The notes under the pieces were generated by a model, which was not told the DNA's origin, searched no databases, and saw nothing but the letters and a program-made list of their open reading frames with translations. Position numbers and translations under genes: made by a program. Positions 9,688 through 19,155 of a stretch of DNA of 64,000 nucleotides are shown one piece after another (the first letter of the stretch is position 1; every line of letters starts with the position of its first letter). The stretch is from Candidatus Altimarinota bacterium. Its GTDB lineage: Bacteria; Patescibacteriota; Gracilibacteria; UBA4473. The DNA lies in contig OZ246423.1 in assembly GCA_965231215.1 (NCBI GenBank), forward strand, positions 512,001 through 576,000, written 5' to 3'.

Positions 9688-11889
9688 ATGAATACCGATC
9701 CTATTTTTTCAGGCCTCAATGATAAACAAAAAGAAGCCGTGCAGGTTTTGTCTGGCCCTTTGCTTATTTTAGCCGGTGCAGGCAGTGGAAAAACGCGTGT
9801 TTTAACCCATAGAACCGCCAATCTTATAGCTAATGGCGTACATCCCAGTGAAATTTTGGCCGTTACCTTTACCAACAAAGCCGCTAAAGAAATGGAATCA
9901 CGAATTCAAATGCTTTTAGGGGCAGGTGCTCAAACGCCCACTATCGGGACTTTTCATTCTGTCTGCGTACGAATTCTTAGACAAGAGATTGAAACCCTTG
10001 GTCAAGATTATACCAAAAGTTTTGTTATTTTTGATACGGACGACTCTTTGAGCCTGCTTAAAATCATCATGCGTGAACGAAACATCAATGAAAAAGAATT
10101 CAAACCCAAAGCCATTTTGGGCTATTTCAGCAGCATCAAAAGCATGCTCGCCAAAACCGATGAATACCTAGAAAGTTTAGGGGGGAGCTATAATCGATTC
10201 CACGAAGTGGTAAAAGAACTCTACCCAGTCTTTGAACGAAGACTCATAGAGCACAACGCATTAGATTTTGACGATCTTTTGAAAAAAACCGTAGAGGTGT
10301 ATGAAAACGACGAAACGGTTTTAGCTAAATACCGAAATCGCTGGGATCACGTACTCGTAGACGAGTATCAAGATACCAATTTTGCCCAATATAGATTGAT
10401 CCGGTTACTGGCAGATCAGCACCAGAATTTGTGTGTGGTGGGAGATGATCATCAATCTATCTATGCCTTCCGAGGAGCCGATTACCAAAACATCCTGGAC
10501 TTTGAAAACGACTTCCCTAACGCCAAAGTGGTAAAACTAGAACAAAACTACAGGTCTAGTGCCAACATTCTCAACAACGCCAACCGGCTTATTTCTCATA
10601 ACCAAACCGGACGAGAAAAAAACCTCTGGACCGAAAATGAGGTAGGAAACCCGCTAGAAATCACTGAAGTTTTTGACGAAAAAGACGAAGGTCGATTCAT
10701 CGCCGAAAAAGTAAAAAATCTAGAACACGAGGGAACGCCTCTTAGTGATATGGCTATTCTGTACCGAATGAATGCTCAATCACGAGCCATAGAAGAGGCC
10801 TTAATGCGGCACCAAATTCCCTACCAAATTGTAGGAGGAACCCGGTTCTTTGATCGACGAGAGATTAAAGACATAGTGGCCTATCTGCGGCTTATTTTTA
10901 ATCCGCGGGATGATGTAGCGTTTTTGCGAATCATCAATATCCCAACTAGGAAACTCGGGCCAGCCACTCTGCAGACGCTCAAAAAATATGCGACAGAATA
11001 CAATCTCTCAATGTTTGATATCCTAGAAGCAGTAGAATCACTCGAAGAACTGCCTGCCACCAAACGCATGGTACTCTCACAATTTCGGGAAATGATTTTA
11101 AAAATTCGAGCAATTTCACAAACCAAAAATATTTCGACTGTGATTGAAGAAGTCATAGAACAAACCGATTTCTACCGATACCTCGACGACGGCACCAATG
11201 AAGGAGAAATGCGAAAACAAAATGTGCAGGAAATTTTCTCTGTTTCTACCAGGTATGATGCAGCAGAAGATCCCTTAGCGGCTTTCCTAGAAGGCATAGC
11301 CTTGATTTCTGATCTAGACAAGATGGACGAAAAGCAGGATGCCATCACACTAATGACCATCCATGCCTCCAAGGGGTTAGAGTTCCCCGTAGTCTTTCTC
11401 CCGGGATGGGAAGAGGGGATTTTCCCCAGTCAGTCGAGCCAGTTTTCACTCGAACAACTGGAAGAAGAACGCCGCCTAGGATATGTGGCTATAACTCGAG
11501 CAGAAAAAGAATGTTTCATCACTCATGCACGACAGCGAATGCTGTTTGGGAAAACCGATTATAGTGCCGCTTCTAAATTTTTGTCTGAACTCGATCCAGA
11601 ATGTATCAATCGCGAAGCCTTTTCACGAAGCCCCGAAAAAACTTATGGTAGACGCAAAGCCCCTACCTTTGAACATCCACTACTACATCGCCAGCCTAAG
11701 ACCAAAAACGAAGCTGTCTTTGGCATCTCTGAAAACGAAACCGAGTTCAAAACCGGTGACACCATCCGCCACGCCGAATTTGGAGAAGGAACCATCATTC
11801 AAATTGCCGGAGATGTTATCTCTGCTGCCTTCAAAGGGCATGGCATTAAAAAAATAGTAGCGTCTATTGCTCCTATTGAGAAGGCGTAA
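9688..11889 (+). CDS. pcrA: ATP-dependent DNA helicase PcrA/UvrD
   Basis: AGAGSGKT, DEYQDTN, VGDDHQSIY, MTIHASKGLEF, C-terminal Tudor-like domain. Confidence 0.95.
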   Translation: MNTDPIFSGLNDKQKEAVQVLSGPLLILAGAGSGKTRVLTHRTANLIANGVHPSEILAVTFTNKAAKEMESRIQMLLGAGAQTPTIGTFHSVCVRILRQEIETLGQDYTKSFVIFDTDDSLSLLKIIMRERNINEKEFKPKAILGYFSSIKSMLAKTDEYLESLGGSYNRFHEVVKELYPVFERRLIEHNALDFDDLLKKTVEVYENDETVLAKYRNRWDHVLVDEYQDTNFAQYRLIRLLADQHQNLCVVGDDHQSIYAFRGADYQNILDFENDFPNAKVVKLEQNYRSSANILNNANRLISHNQTGREKNLWTENEVGNPLEITEVFDEKDEGRFIAEKVKNLEHEGTPLSDMAILYRMNAQSRAIEEALMRHQIPYQIVGGTRFFDRREIKDIVAYLRLIFNPRDDVAFLRIINIPTRKLGPATLQTLKKYATEYNLSMFDILEAVESLEELPATKRMVLSQFREMILKIRAISQTKNISTVIEEVIEQTDFYRYLDDGTNEGEMRKQNVQEIFSVSTRYDAAEDPLAAFLEGIALISDLDKMDEKQDAITLMTIHASKGLEFPVVFLPGWEEGIFPSQSSQFSLEQLEEERRLGYVAITRAEKECFITHARQRMLFGKTDYSAASKFLSELDPECINREAFSRSPEKTYGRRKAPTFEHPLLHRQPKTKNEAVFGISENETEFKTGDTIRHAEFGEGTIIQIAGDVISAAFKGHGIKKIVASIAPIEKA

Positions 11890-11916
11890 AACCCAGGAGT
11901 TTGTCTTTCACGCGTA

Positions 11917-13587
11917 TTAACTCCACATTACTTCGTCATACGCTTCTACTACCCGGTGAGTATTAAAATGTCCCAGCAATGAAATAGCCTGTTTGGAACG
12001 CTCAAGCCATTCTTCTGGACGGTTAAAGTAAATATCAATGGCTTCCTCTAGTTCCGTATACAACTGATCTGCATGGTGATCATCTCTTTGATCTTCACTC
12101 CATTCAGGATCAACCGTTTCTCCAAATCCCCATCCGGCCTTTGGCTTGGATTTCAGGCCTTCAATCCACCATCCATCGAGAACCGATAAGTTCTGTACCC
12201 CATTCAGAGCCGCTTTCATGCCGCTCGTTCCGCTCGCTTCACGCGGAGGAATAGGGTTGTTCAGCCAGATGTTGGCTCCAGCCACTAATTTTTCAGCAAT
12301 ATCTAAACGGTAATCCGGAACTACCGCAATACGGATACTGCCTCTTAGTTGGTGAGCAGCATTTCTCAAACTTTCTTTCCTTCCCATACAGAACTGATCA
12401 TCTGGATGACAGTGTCCAGCAAAGACAAACTGCAGCTTTTTATGTCCCAATTTTTTAAGTCTTTCTAAATCTCTAAAGGCTAAAAGGGGCCTTTTGTACG
12501 GCACAAATCTTCGAGCAAAGACGATGGTAAGTCTGTCGGTTTCAAACATATCTGACTTTTTTAGATCGCCTTCAAAGTGAAAGAAAGCTGGATTTTCATT
12601 TACCCAATCTACTAACATCTGTTTATTTTTTTCTCGCATTCCTTTCAGGTCTTCATCACTGATTTTTTCTACTGCTTTACTCAGCAAAGCTGGCTTTTCT
12701 CTCCATTTTGGGATTACCCTATCAAACAGTTCTCGCGTATGAGGGCTAGCCCATCGCACATGATGAACCCCATTAGTAATTCCCTCAAAACTATGCCCTG
12801 GGAACATATCAAAACAAATCAATTGATGTTTTTTAGACACTCCATTAGTTCTCCCACTCAAATTCAGAGCCAAGTGAGTCATGCTGAGCTGCTCTTGGGT
12901 AGCAAGAGTCTTAATATGCCAGGGAATTTGATCTCCCAGTACTTTATAAGCCAAGTCATAATCAAATTTGTCATGTCCAGCCGGCACCGGTGTATGGGTT
13001 GTAAATCGAGTTAATTCCCGCACTTTATCATCAGACCACTCCGACTCTCGGAGTAACTCAAGCGTGGCAAAAGCGGCATGTCCTTCATTCAGGTGAAAAT
13101 ATTTGAGATCTTGGTATCCAAGCGCTCGAAGCATCTTTACGCCTCCAATACCCAAAATAGCCTCCTGGGCACATCGGGTATACCCATCTGAAGAATATAA
13201 ATGTTTTGTAATATCTCTATCATGCGGTTCATTATTACTACAAAAAGTCGTCAAAAAATAAATAGGCACCGTCTTATGATCGGGGGTAATCACATCATAT
13301 TGGTATCCCCCAACCGTTACGTCTCGCCCTTCAATCTGAACGGTGACTGTTTGAGATAATTTTTTCATATAAAATTCCGGATGGAATTTATAAGCCATAT
13401 CCTCGCTCTGGTGGTAAATTAAGCCTACTCCAACGGCTGGATAATTTGTATCAGCAATTGAGTTCATGATATCTGCGGCTAAGACGCCTAAACCTCCGGC
13501 ATAGTTGGGAATTTCATGATTTAGGGCAAACTCCATAGAAAAGTACGCCACCTTCGGGCTAGCAGATTTTGTTCCAAAAAAAGACAT
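11917..13587 (-). CDS. glgP: Alpha-glucan (glycogen) phosphorylase, GT35
   Basis: YFSMEF..YAGGLG, HLNEGH, EASGTSGMK PLP-lysine motif. Confidence 0.93.
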   Translation of the reverse strand: MSFFGTKSASPKVAYFSMEFALNHEIPNYAGGLGVLAADIMNSIADTNYPAVGVGLIYHQSEDMAYKFHPEFYMKKLSQTVTVQIEGRDVTVGGYQYDVITPDHKTVPIYFLTTFCSNNEPHDRDITKHLYSSDGYTRCAQEAILGIGGVKMLRALGYQDLKYFHLNEGHAAFATLELLRESEWSDDKVRELTRFTTHTPVPAGHDKFDYDLAYKVLGDQIPWHIKTLATQEQLSMTHLALNLSGRTNGVSKKHQLICFDMFPGHSFEGITNGVHHVRWASPHTRELFDRVIPKWREKPALLSKAVEKISDEDLKGMREKNKQMLVDWVNENPAFFHFEGDLKKSDMFETDRLTIVFARRFVPYKRPLLAFRDLERLKKLGHKKLQFVFAGHCHPDDQFCMGRKESLRNAAHQLRGSIRIAVVPDYRLDIAEKLVAGANIWLNNPIPPREASGTSGMKAALNGVQNLSVLDGWWIEGLKSKPKAGWGFGETVDPEWSEDQRDDHHADQLYTELEEAIDIYFNRPEEWLERSKQAISLLGHFNTHRVVEAYDEVMWS

Positions 13588-13670
13588 GTTGGGATTTTTA
13601 TTTTTATTTCCTGTGAATTGTAACGTGTAAAACCAAAACCCTCAAAAAAGTTATACAAAAAAAAAGCTAA

Positions 13671-13747
13671 TAGTGAAAATACCAAGACTTGAACTTGGAT
13701 TCTTTTGCCTTTGAAGAAGACGCCTAAGCCAGTCAAGTCTACCCCTC
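13671..13747 (-). pseudogene. Degenerate tRNA-like sequence directly downstream of tRNA-Ile
   Basis: 77 nt; T-arm CCAAGTTCAAGTCTTGG identical to the neighbouring tRNA-Ile; ends ACTA; other stems eroded. Confidence 0.55.
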
Positions 13748-13776
13748 AAGCGTTTTATTTCAGACCAAAAAACACC

Positions 13777-13853
13777 TGGTGGGCATGCCAAGACTTGAAC
13801 TTGGGACCTCCTCCTTATCAGAGAGGCGCTCTAACCAGCTGAGCTACACGCCC
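13777..13853 (-). tRNA. tRNA-Ile(GAT)
   Basis: GGGCGTG...CCTCT-CTGATAA-GGAGG...CATGCCC ACCA cloverleaf. Confidence 0.95.
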
Positions 13854-13997
13854 AAATAGTAGGACTGTGTTTTTTGGCGTTTGATATTCTCAAAGCCAAG
13901 CGATCTTAAAAAAAATTTTTAGAGTGTCAAAAAAAATTGTGACCTAGATTACCATCCTCCTTTGTATTTATAGATTTCATAAGGTAGACTCATGCCG

Positions 13998-14921
13998 ATG
14001 AAAAAACAGAAACTCATTATTCTCGGATCAGGTCCGGCTGGGCTTACCGCTGGTATTTATGCTGCTAGGGCAGACCTCAAACCGCTTATTTTTGAAGGAG
14101 AAAATCCCGGAGGACAACTTATGGGAACCACTGATGTAGAAAATTTTCCTGGATTTCCAGAGGGCATTATGGGCCCCCAACTAATTGACAATATGCGCAA
14201 ACAAGCCCAAAAATTTGGAGCCGAAACGGTTTATAAAAACATTGATCGAGTGGATTTTTCAGAGGCCGATAACTTAAAGCTGTATGCAGGAGAAGACACC
14301 TTCATGACCCAAAGTGTAATTATCGCCACTGGAAGTTCTGCCCGATGGCTTAATCTAGGTAAAGGCGAAGAAAAATTTTGGGGAAAAGGGTACACGGCTT
14401 GTGCTACCTGTGACGGAGCTTTTTTTAGAGACAAAACCGTGGCGGTTGTAGGCGGCGGGGATTCTGCCTGTGAAGAAGCCACCTTCCTCACAAAATTTGC
14501 CAAAAAGGTATATCTTATTCACCGAAGAGATGAACTCCGAGCCAGCAAGCCAATGCAAAAAAGAGTTTTTGATCATGAAAAGATAGAGATCTTGTGGAAT
14601 CAAAATGTAACCGAACTTCGAGGAGAACCCGTTCTAAAATCAGTAGAACTTACTGAGACTAATACCAGTGGAACCTCTGAGCTAGAAATCGATGGACTCT
14701 TTATGGCCATTGGGCATGATCCCAATACTAAATTTTTAGACAATACCTTAGATCTTGATCACGGATATATCAAAGTCACCGATCATACAAAAACCAAAAT
14801 TCCTTCGGTCTTTGTCGCAGGAGATGTAGCTGATCACCATTACCAACAAGCCATTACTGCCGCGGGAGCAGGGTGTATGGCGGCAATTGATGTGGAAAGA
14901 TTCCTAGCTGAAAAAAATTAA
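13998..14921 (+). CDS. trxB: Thioredoxin reductase
   Basis: GSGPAG, ENFPGF, CATCDG, GGGDSA; start 13992 or 13998. Confidence 0.96.
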   Translation: MKKQKLIILGSGPAGLTAGIYAARADLKPLIFEGENPGGQLMGTTDVENFPGFPEGIMGPQLIDNMRKQAQKFGAETVYKNIDRVDFSEADNLKLYAGEDTFMTQSVIIATGSSARWLNLGKGEEKFWGKGYTACATCDGAFFRDKTVAVVGGGDSACEEATFLTKFAKKVYLIHRRDELRASKPMQKRVFDHEKIEILWNQNVTELRGEPVLKSVELTETNTSGTSELEIDGLFMAIGHDPNTKFLDNTLDLDHGYIKVTDHTKTKIPSVFVAGDVADHHYQQAITAAGAGCMAAIDVERFLAEKN

Positions 14922-15346
14922 ACCGTTCCTTGAACCCCACAAACTTTATCACGAATGCTTCTGAGTACACCTCGGTAAGCTTCTTCTGAGGGTACTTTCG
15001 TATTTGGAACTGGACTTTCCTCCGTATCTTGTTTGAGCTCCCCGTTCCGTTTGGGATCGAAAAAATAATGCCCATCATGCACTCCAGCCGTTCCTTCCTG
15101 ATACGAAAAAATACTCATAGATTGTCCCCAAAGCATAATCTTATAGCGGGTATTTTCATCCGACACCAACATCTCAGCCCCTTCGACATCATCACCAATC
15201 TGGCTACTAACACACTGAACAACTTCCGTAACCAACTGAGCCGTTGTTTCTCCTGGTTTCTCTTGTGCCATCGAAACCTCTGGGGAAGCCAACAAAGCCA
15301 CAAGCGCCATAGCTGGGTGAGAGGGAAATTGTCTAAACATAGTCAA
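14918..15346 (-). CDS. Hypothetical secreted protein
   Basis: Signal-peptide-like N-terminus (..EVSMA|Q); no family recognised. Confidence 0.55.
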   Translation of the reverse strand: MTMFRQFPSHPAMALVALLASPEVSMAQEKPGETTAQLVTEVVQCVSSQIGDDVEGAEMLVSDENTRYKIMLWGQSMSIFSYQEGTAGVHDGHYFFDPKRNGELKQDTEESPVPNTKVPSEEAYRGVLRSIRDKVCGVQGTV

Positions 15347-15430
15347 GTAAAAAATAAACTAAACAATGAAAAAGTCAACAAAATGATAGCTAGATTTATC
15401 AAGAACTTTTAAGTATAGGTACTAACAAAA

Positions 15431-16765
15431 ATGAATATTCACTTTGTAGGCATTGGAGGCATTGGTATTTCTGCGCTGGCACAGTTTTGCTTTAAACGCG
15501 GGGATCATGTTTCTGGGTCAAACCTTGGAAGCAATCGTATTTTTGAAATGCTAATCAATGAAGGCATTACGAGTATTTACGATGTACACGATGCCCACAA
15601 CCTTGCACCTGATTTGGAATTACTCATTTACTCTGAAGCGATTCCTCCTCATAACCCCGAAAGACAAGAAGCTAAAAAACGAGGCATTAAAGAAAAAAGT
15701 TATTTTGAATTTTTAGGTGATATTTCCCACGAATTTACCACCATTGCCGTAGCCGGAACTCACGGCAAAACGACCACTACAGGACTTATCGCCGCGGGGC
15801 TAAAACAGTGCGAGTTTGATGCCACCGTATTTGTGGGCTCAACCCTAGACATTCTAGAAGGAAAAAATTTCCATATGGGGTCTAACCACTTTTTAGTACT
15901 AGAAGCCTGTGAATATCGAGAAAATTTTAAATTCCTCAAGCCAGAGGTACTTCTAATAACCAATATTGAGTGGGATCATGCTGATTATTTCAAAACCGAA
16001 CAGCAGTATTTTGACGCTTTTAAAGCTTTGGCCAAAAGATCCAAGAATGTGCTTTTCCATCAAAACGATGAAGTTGCCAGAGCCATACTCCAAGACGTAA
16101 ATACTCACAAAATACCCATCCCTGAACAGAGCCAAAACTCTTGGGAATATATCTTAAAAATTTTTGGTAATGCAAACCAAAAAAATGCTACCTTAGCCCT
16201 TTCTATAGCTCATTTTTTAAAAATAGATACCGAAACCTTCAAGCAAGGATTAGGCACCTACAAAGGCGCCAGCAGAAGACAAGAATTTTTAGGAGAAAAA
16301 AGAATCTATTTCAACCCTGATTTGAACCTAAGAGAAGTTAAAGCCACACAAGAAAAAGCCCAAATTGAAAAAAATGTACTCCTGTATGATGACTACGGCC
16401 ATCATCCAACAGAAATCAAAGTCACCTTAGAGGCCTTCAGAGACGCTTTCCCCAATAAACAGATTGGCCTTATCTTCGAACCACACCAATATTCTCGGGC
16501 TAAACAATTTTTCCAAGAATTTATAGAGGCTCTCAATCAAGCTGATTTTGTAGGCCTCTACCCTATTTATGAAGCAAGAGACTCAGAAAGTGACAAAGCC
16601 TCAATATCATTAGATGACTTTATCGCCCAAAATCCGTCATTTAAAAAAATAGAATCGACAGAAGATGTCATGTGTTTCTGTGAAAATCTTAAAAACGACG
16701 ACCTTCTCCTCTTCATGGGCGCCGGGAAAATATCTGAATTTGCCCATAAATTCCTTACCGAATAA
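15431..16765 (+). CDS. murC: UDP-N-acetylmuramate--L-alanine ligase
   Basis: HFVGIGGIGISA, AGTHGKTTT, EACEY, DDYGHHP. Confidence 0.93.
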   Translation: MNIHFVGIGGIGISALAQFCFKRGDHVSGSNLGSNRIFEMLINEGITSIYDVHDAHNLAPDLELLIYSEAIPPHNPERQEAKKRGIKEKSYFEFLGDISHEFTTIAVAGTHGKTTTTGLIAAGLKQCEFDATVFVGSTLDILEGKNFHMGSNHFLVLEACEYRENFKFLKPEVLLITNIEWDHADYFKTEQQYFDAFKALAKRSKNVLFHQNDEVARAILQDVNTHKIPIPEQSQNSWEYILKIFGNANQKNATLALSIAHFLKIDTETFKQGLGTYKGASRRQEFLGEKRIYFNPDLNLREVKATQEKAQIEKNVLLYDDYGHHPTEIKVTLEAFRDAFPNKQIGLIFEPHQYSRAKQFFQEFIEALNQADFVGLYPIYEARDSESDKASISLDDFIAQNPSFKKIESTEDVMCFCENLKNDDLLLFMGAGKISEFAHKFLTE

Positions 16766-16875
16766 AAGCGAAGAACCAGGCGCGCTTTTGTAGTCAAAAG
16801 TAAAAGGAGGAAGCCCTAATGCACTCCCTCCTCTTTAACCCCTCTGATGTCTAAAGACGAGCGGCTAAAATTTTT

Positions 16876-17217
16876 GTGACATTATTATCAAAATCTTTAA
16901 TGTTAGAAACGATGAAAAAACATGGAAAAGTAAGAAGACGAATGGAAAACCCCCAATTCCCAAAATGGAAAACCCCTCAAAACGGAGCTGGATTTTTGTT
17001 TGGAGCGGTTTTATGGATACTCATGATTTTAGGATTTTTATTCCTTTTCTATGTACAGCTGTTTAGTTTTAATCTGAAATACCTACTCCAACTTATTACC
17101 CCAGGAAATTATGAAATTCCTTTCTGGTTTTCTATTTTAATCGTGATTTTCCTATTCCCGGTAAGCTTGGCGGTGATCTTAGCCGGAGCTTTCCTCAGGA
17201 TTATCTTTAATAGATAA
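16876..17217 (+). CDS. Hypothetical membrane protein (start uncertain)
   Basis: Two hydrophobic segments. Confidence 0.55.
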   Translation: MTLLSKSLMLETMKKHGKVRRRMENPQFPKWKTPQNGAGFLFGAVLWILMILGFLFLFYVQLFSFNLKYLLQLITPGNYEIPFWFSILIVIFLFPVSLAVILAGAFLRIIFNR

Positions 17218-17224
17218 CCCTGTT

Positions 17225-17337
17225 TGAGATAGTTTCTCATAAAACTTTATGAACCTTTCGCAGAATTTACAACTATCTGAGCGAAGCGATTTTTGGAGAT
17301 TCAAAAAGTGAGTAACTAGTTTTATAAAACTGTCTCG
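17225..17337. repeat. Long imperfect palindromic intergenic element
   Basis: TGAGATAGTTTCTCATAAAACT pairs with AGTTTTATAAAACTGTCTCG. Confidence 0.6.
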
Positions 17338-17393
17338 TAGAGGAGTTTTTTGGGGCCACGAAAAAATGAACCAAAAGAAATTCTAACTTTTTT

Positions 17394-17419
17394 TGAAAGA
17401 AAAAAATCCTCCCCCCGTA
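17394..17419 (+). promoter_or_regulatory. Putative ECF (SigW-like) promoter, copy 1
   Basis: TGAAAG-N16-CGTA preceded by a T-tract; motif recurs at 18287 and 45869. Confidence 0.7.
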
Positions 17420-17470
17420 TAACTCCATGCAAGACACTTTGCTTTCATTTACTTCTTAACCTATAAAAAA

Positions 17471-18184
17471 ATGAAAACACCACTCAACATCGCTCTCGGA
17501 CTAGCCGTTCTTGGGACTTCAACTATCGCACTCGATGCTAACGCTCAAGGCTTCCAAGATCATTTCCAAAACCATTTCCAAAACTCAACTCAAGAACAAA
17601 GAGAGAAAGGCAACAAAAGATTCGGATTCTGGAGAAGTTGGAAACAAGACATTACTAAAACCGTAGAAAAAATTGATAACGGAGTAAAAATCACCATGAC
17701 CACAGAAAACGAAGACATCTTAGCCAAACTTCAAGAAAGAGAAGCCAGAGAAACTGACAAATTTACAGTCACTATTTCAAAGCTAGATAACGGAATCGTG
17801 GTAACTAAAACTTCCGATGATGAAGCTATCGTAGAAAGACTCCATGCACGAGCCGATAAACATGTGCTAAAAAGTAGCATTACAAAAAACGTAGAAAACC
17901 TAGATAACGGGGTAAAAATCACCATTACTTCTGATAACAGTGAAGCCGTAGCCAAAATTCAAGACAGAGAACAAAAAGAGATTGAACACGAAGACATTAC
18001 CAAAACGGTAACAAACCTTTCTAACGGAGTAGAAATTATAATTACTACCGACAACGAAGAACTCGTAGAAAAAATCCAAAAACGAGCAGAAAGAAAAGGG
18101 ATGAAAAGGAAAGGAAGACACTTTAAAAAGTTTAACCAACGTTTTAATCGAGCTAAAAACTTCACTGACGGAGAACCAAACTAA
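17471..18184 (+). CDS. Secreted protein with four ~31-aa repeats
   Basis: Signal peptide (..DANA|Q); repeats of ITKxVxxxxNGVxIxxTxDxxxxVxKIQxR. Confidence 0.85.
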   Translation: MKTPLNIALGLAVLGTSTIALDANAQGFQDHFQNHFQNSTQEQREKGNKRFGFWRSWKQDITKTVEKIDNGVKITMTTENEDILAKLQEREARETDKFTVTISKLDNGIVVTKTSDDEAIVERLHARADKHVLKSSITKNVENLDNGVKITITSDNSEAVAKIQDREQKEIEHEDITKTVTNLSNGVEIIITTDNEELVEKIQKRAERKGMKRKGRHFKKFNQRFNRAKNFTDGEPN

Positions 18185-18212
18185 GCTACACAAGAAAACG
18201 GTTATAGATAAC

Positions 18213-18246
18213 AAAAAACTGGGCCTAGAGGGGGCCCAGTTTTTTT
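18213..18246 (+). terminator. Intrinsic terminator
   Basis: AAAAAACTGGGCC-TAGAGG-GGGCCCAGTTTTTTT. Confidence 0.85.
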
Positions 18247-18286
18247 GGGCGATGCAAAAAATGAATAATCAAAGACTCACTTTTTT

Positions 18287-18313
18287 TGAAAGAAAATAAA
18301 TCCCAAAAACGTA
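18287..18313 (+). promoter_or_regulatory. Putative ECF promoter, copy 2 (autoregulatory for the sigma operon)
   Basis: TGAAAG-N17-CGTA preceded by a T-tract. Confidence 0.65.
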
Positions 18314-18580
18314 TCAATTAGTGCCAACACCAAAAAAGTTAAAAATCTTGGCGCACTTTCAAAACCTAAAACGTATAAATACTTGAAATAACTACTCAAA
18401 AAACCATGAAATATTATCAAAACTGGACTCGGAAATTTTTTGGAAAAACAGATCTAAGTACTTTCTTTCCAAAACAAAAATCACCTCGGTTTAAATACCA
18501 AGGCGCCCAAGCGCACTGGGGAAACTTCTAAACAAACTCTTTGCCTCAAGACTCGCTCTTTGTTATAACCAAAACAACGA

Positions 18581-19153
18581 ATGTCAAAACCCCCTCTCTC
18601 TGATGCTCAACTCGTACAAAACGCTCTCCAAAACCTGGAGTCCTTTGCCGATATCATGGAAAGATACGAACACCAATTAAAAATCTACATCCTCAGAATT
18701 TCAAATATAAGTGACCTAGAAGCCGAAGAAATACTCCAAGAGGTTTTCATCAAGGCCTGGAAAAATCTCAATGACTTTGATCAAACCCTTAAACTTTCTA
18801 CCTGGCTCTACCGAATTACCCACAATGAAGTTATTTCTAACTACAGAAAACTAAAATCACGAGGCGAAGATATAAAACCTGAATTTGATGATGAATTTAT
18901 AGAGTCAGTAGCCGATGAATTTAATTTTATAGAAGAATTTGATAAACGAATTAATACAGAAACGGTTAGAGAAATACTCGCTCAACTTCCTGAAAAATAT
19001 AGAGAAGTCCTCGTCCTCAAATTTATAGAAGATAAAAGCTACGATGAAATTGCAGACATACTGCAAAAACCCCCAGGCACCATTGCTACACTCATAAACC
19101 GTGCCAAAAGCGCCTTTAAAGATATCGTCGAAAGACAACAAATTAAACTCTGA
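18581..19153 (+). CDS. ECF RNA polymerase sigma factor (SigW/RpoE-like)
   Basis: Region 2 AEEILQEVFIKAW...TWLYRI; region 4 LPEKYREV...SYDEIA. Confidence 0.93.
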   Translation: MSKPPLSDAQLVQNALQNLESFADIMERYEHQLKIYILRISNISDLEAEEILQEVFIKAWKNLNDFDQTLKLSTWLYRITHNEVISNYRKLKSRGEDIKPEFDDEFIESVADEFNFIEEFDKRINTETVREILAQLPEKYREVLVLKFIEDKSYDEIADILQKPPGTIATLINRAKSAFKDIVERQQIKL

Positions 19154-19155
19154 TA

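Noticed and set aside
13705-13725. UCA anticodon (UGA-reading tRNA) in the tRNA ghost (CTTCAAA)
   Set aside because: Flanking bases do not form an anticodon stem in that register, the acceptor stem is broken, and the end is ACTA rather than CCA.
17640-18100. CRISPR array or DNA tandem repeat
   Set aside because: The repeats are degenerate, in-frame protein repeats; no constant repeat-spacer pattern or cas genes were seen in the window.
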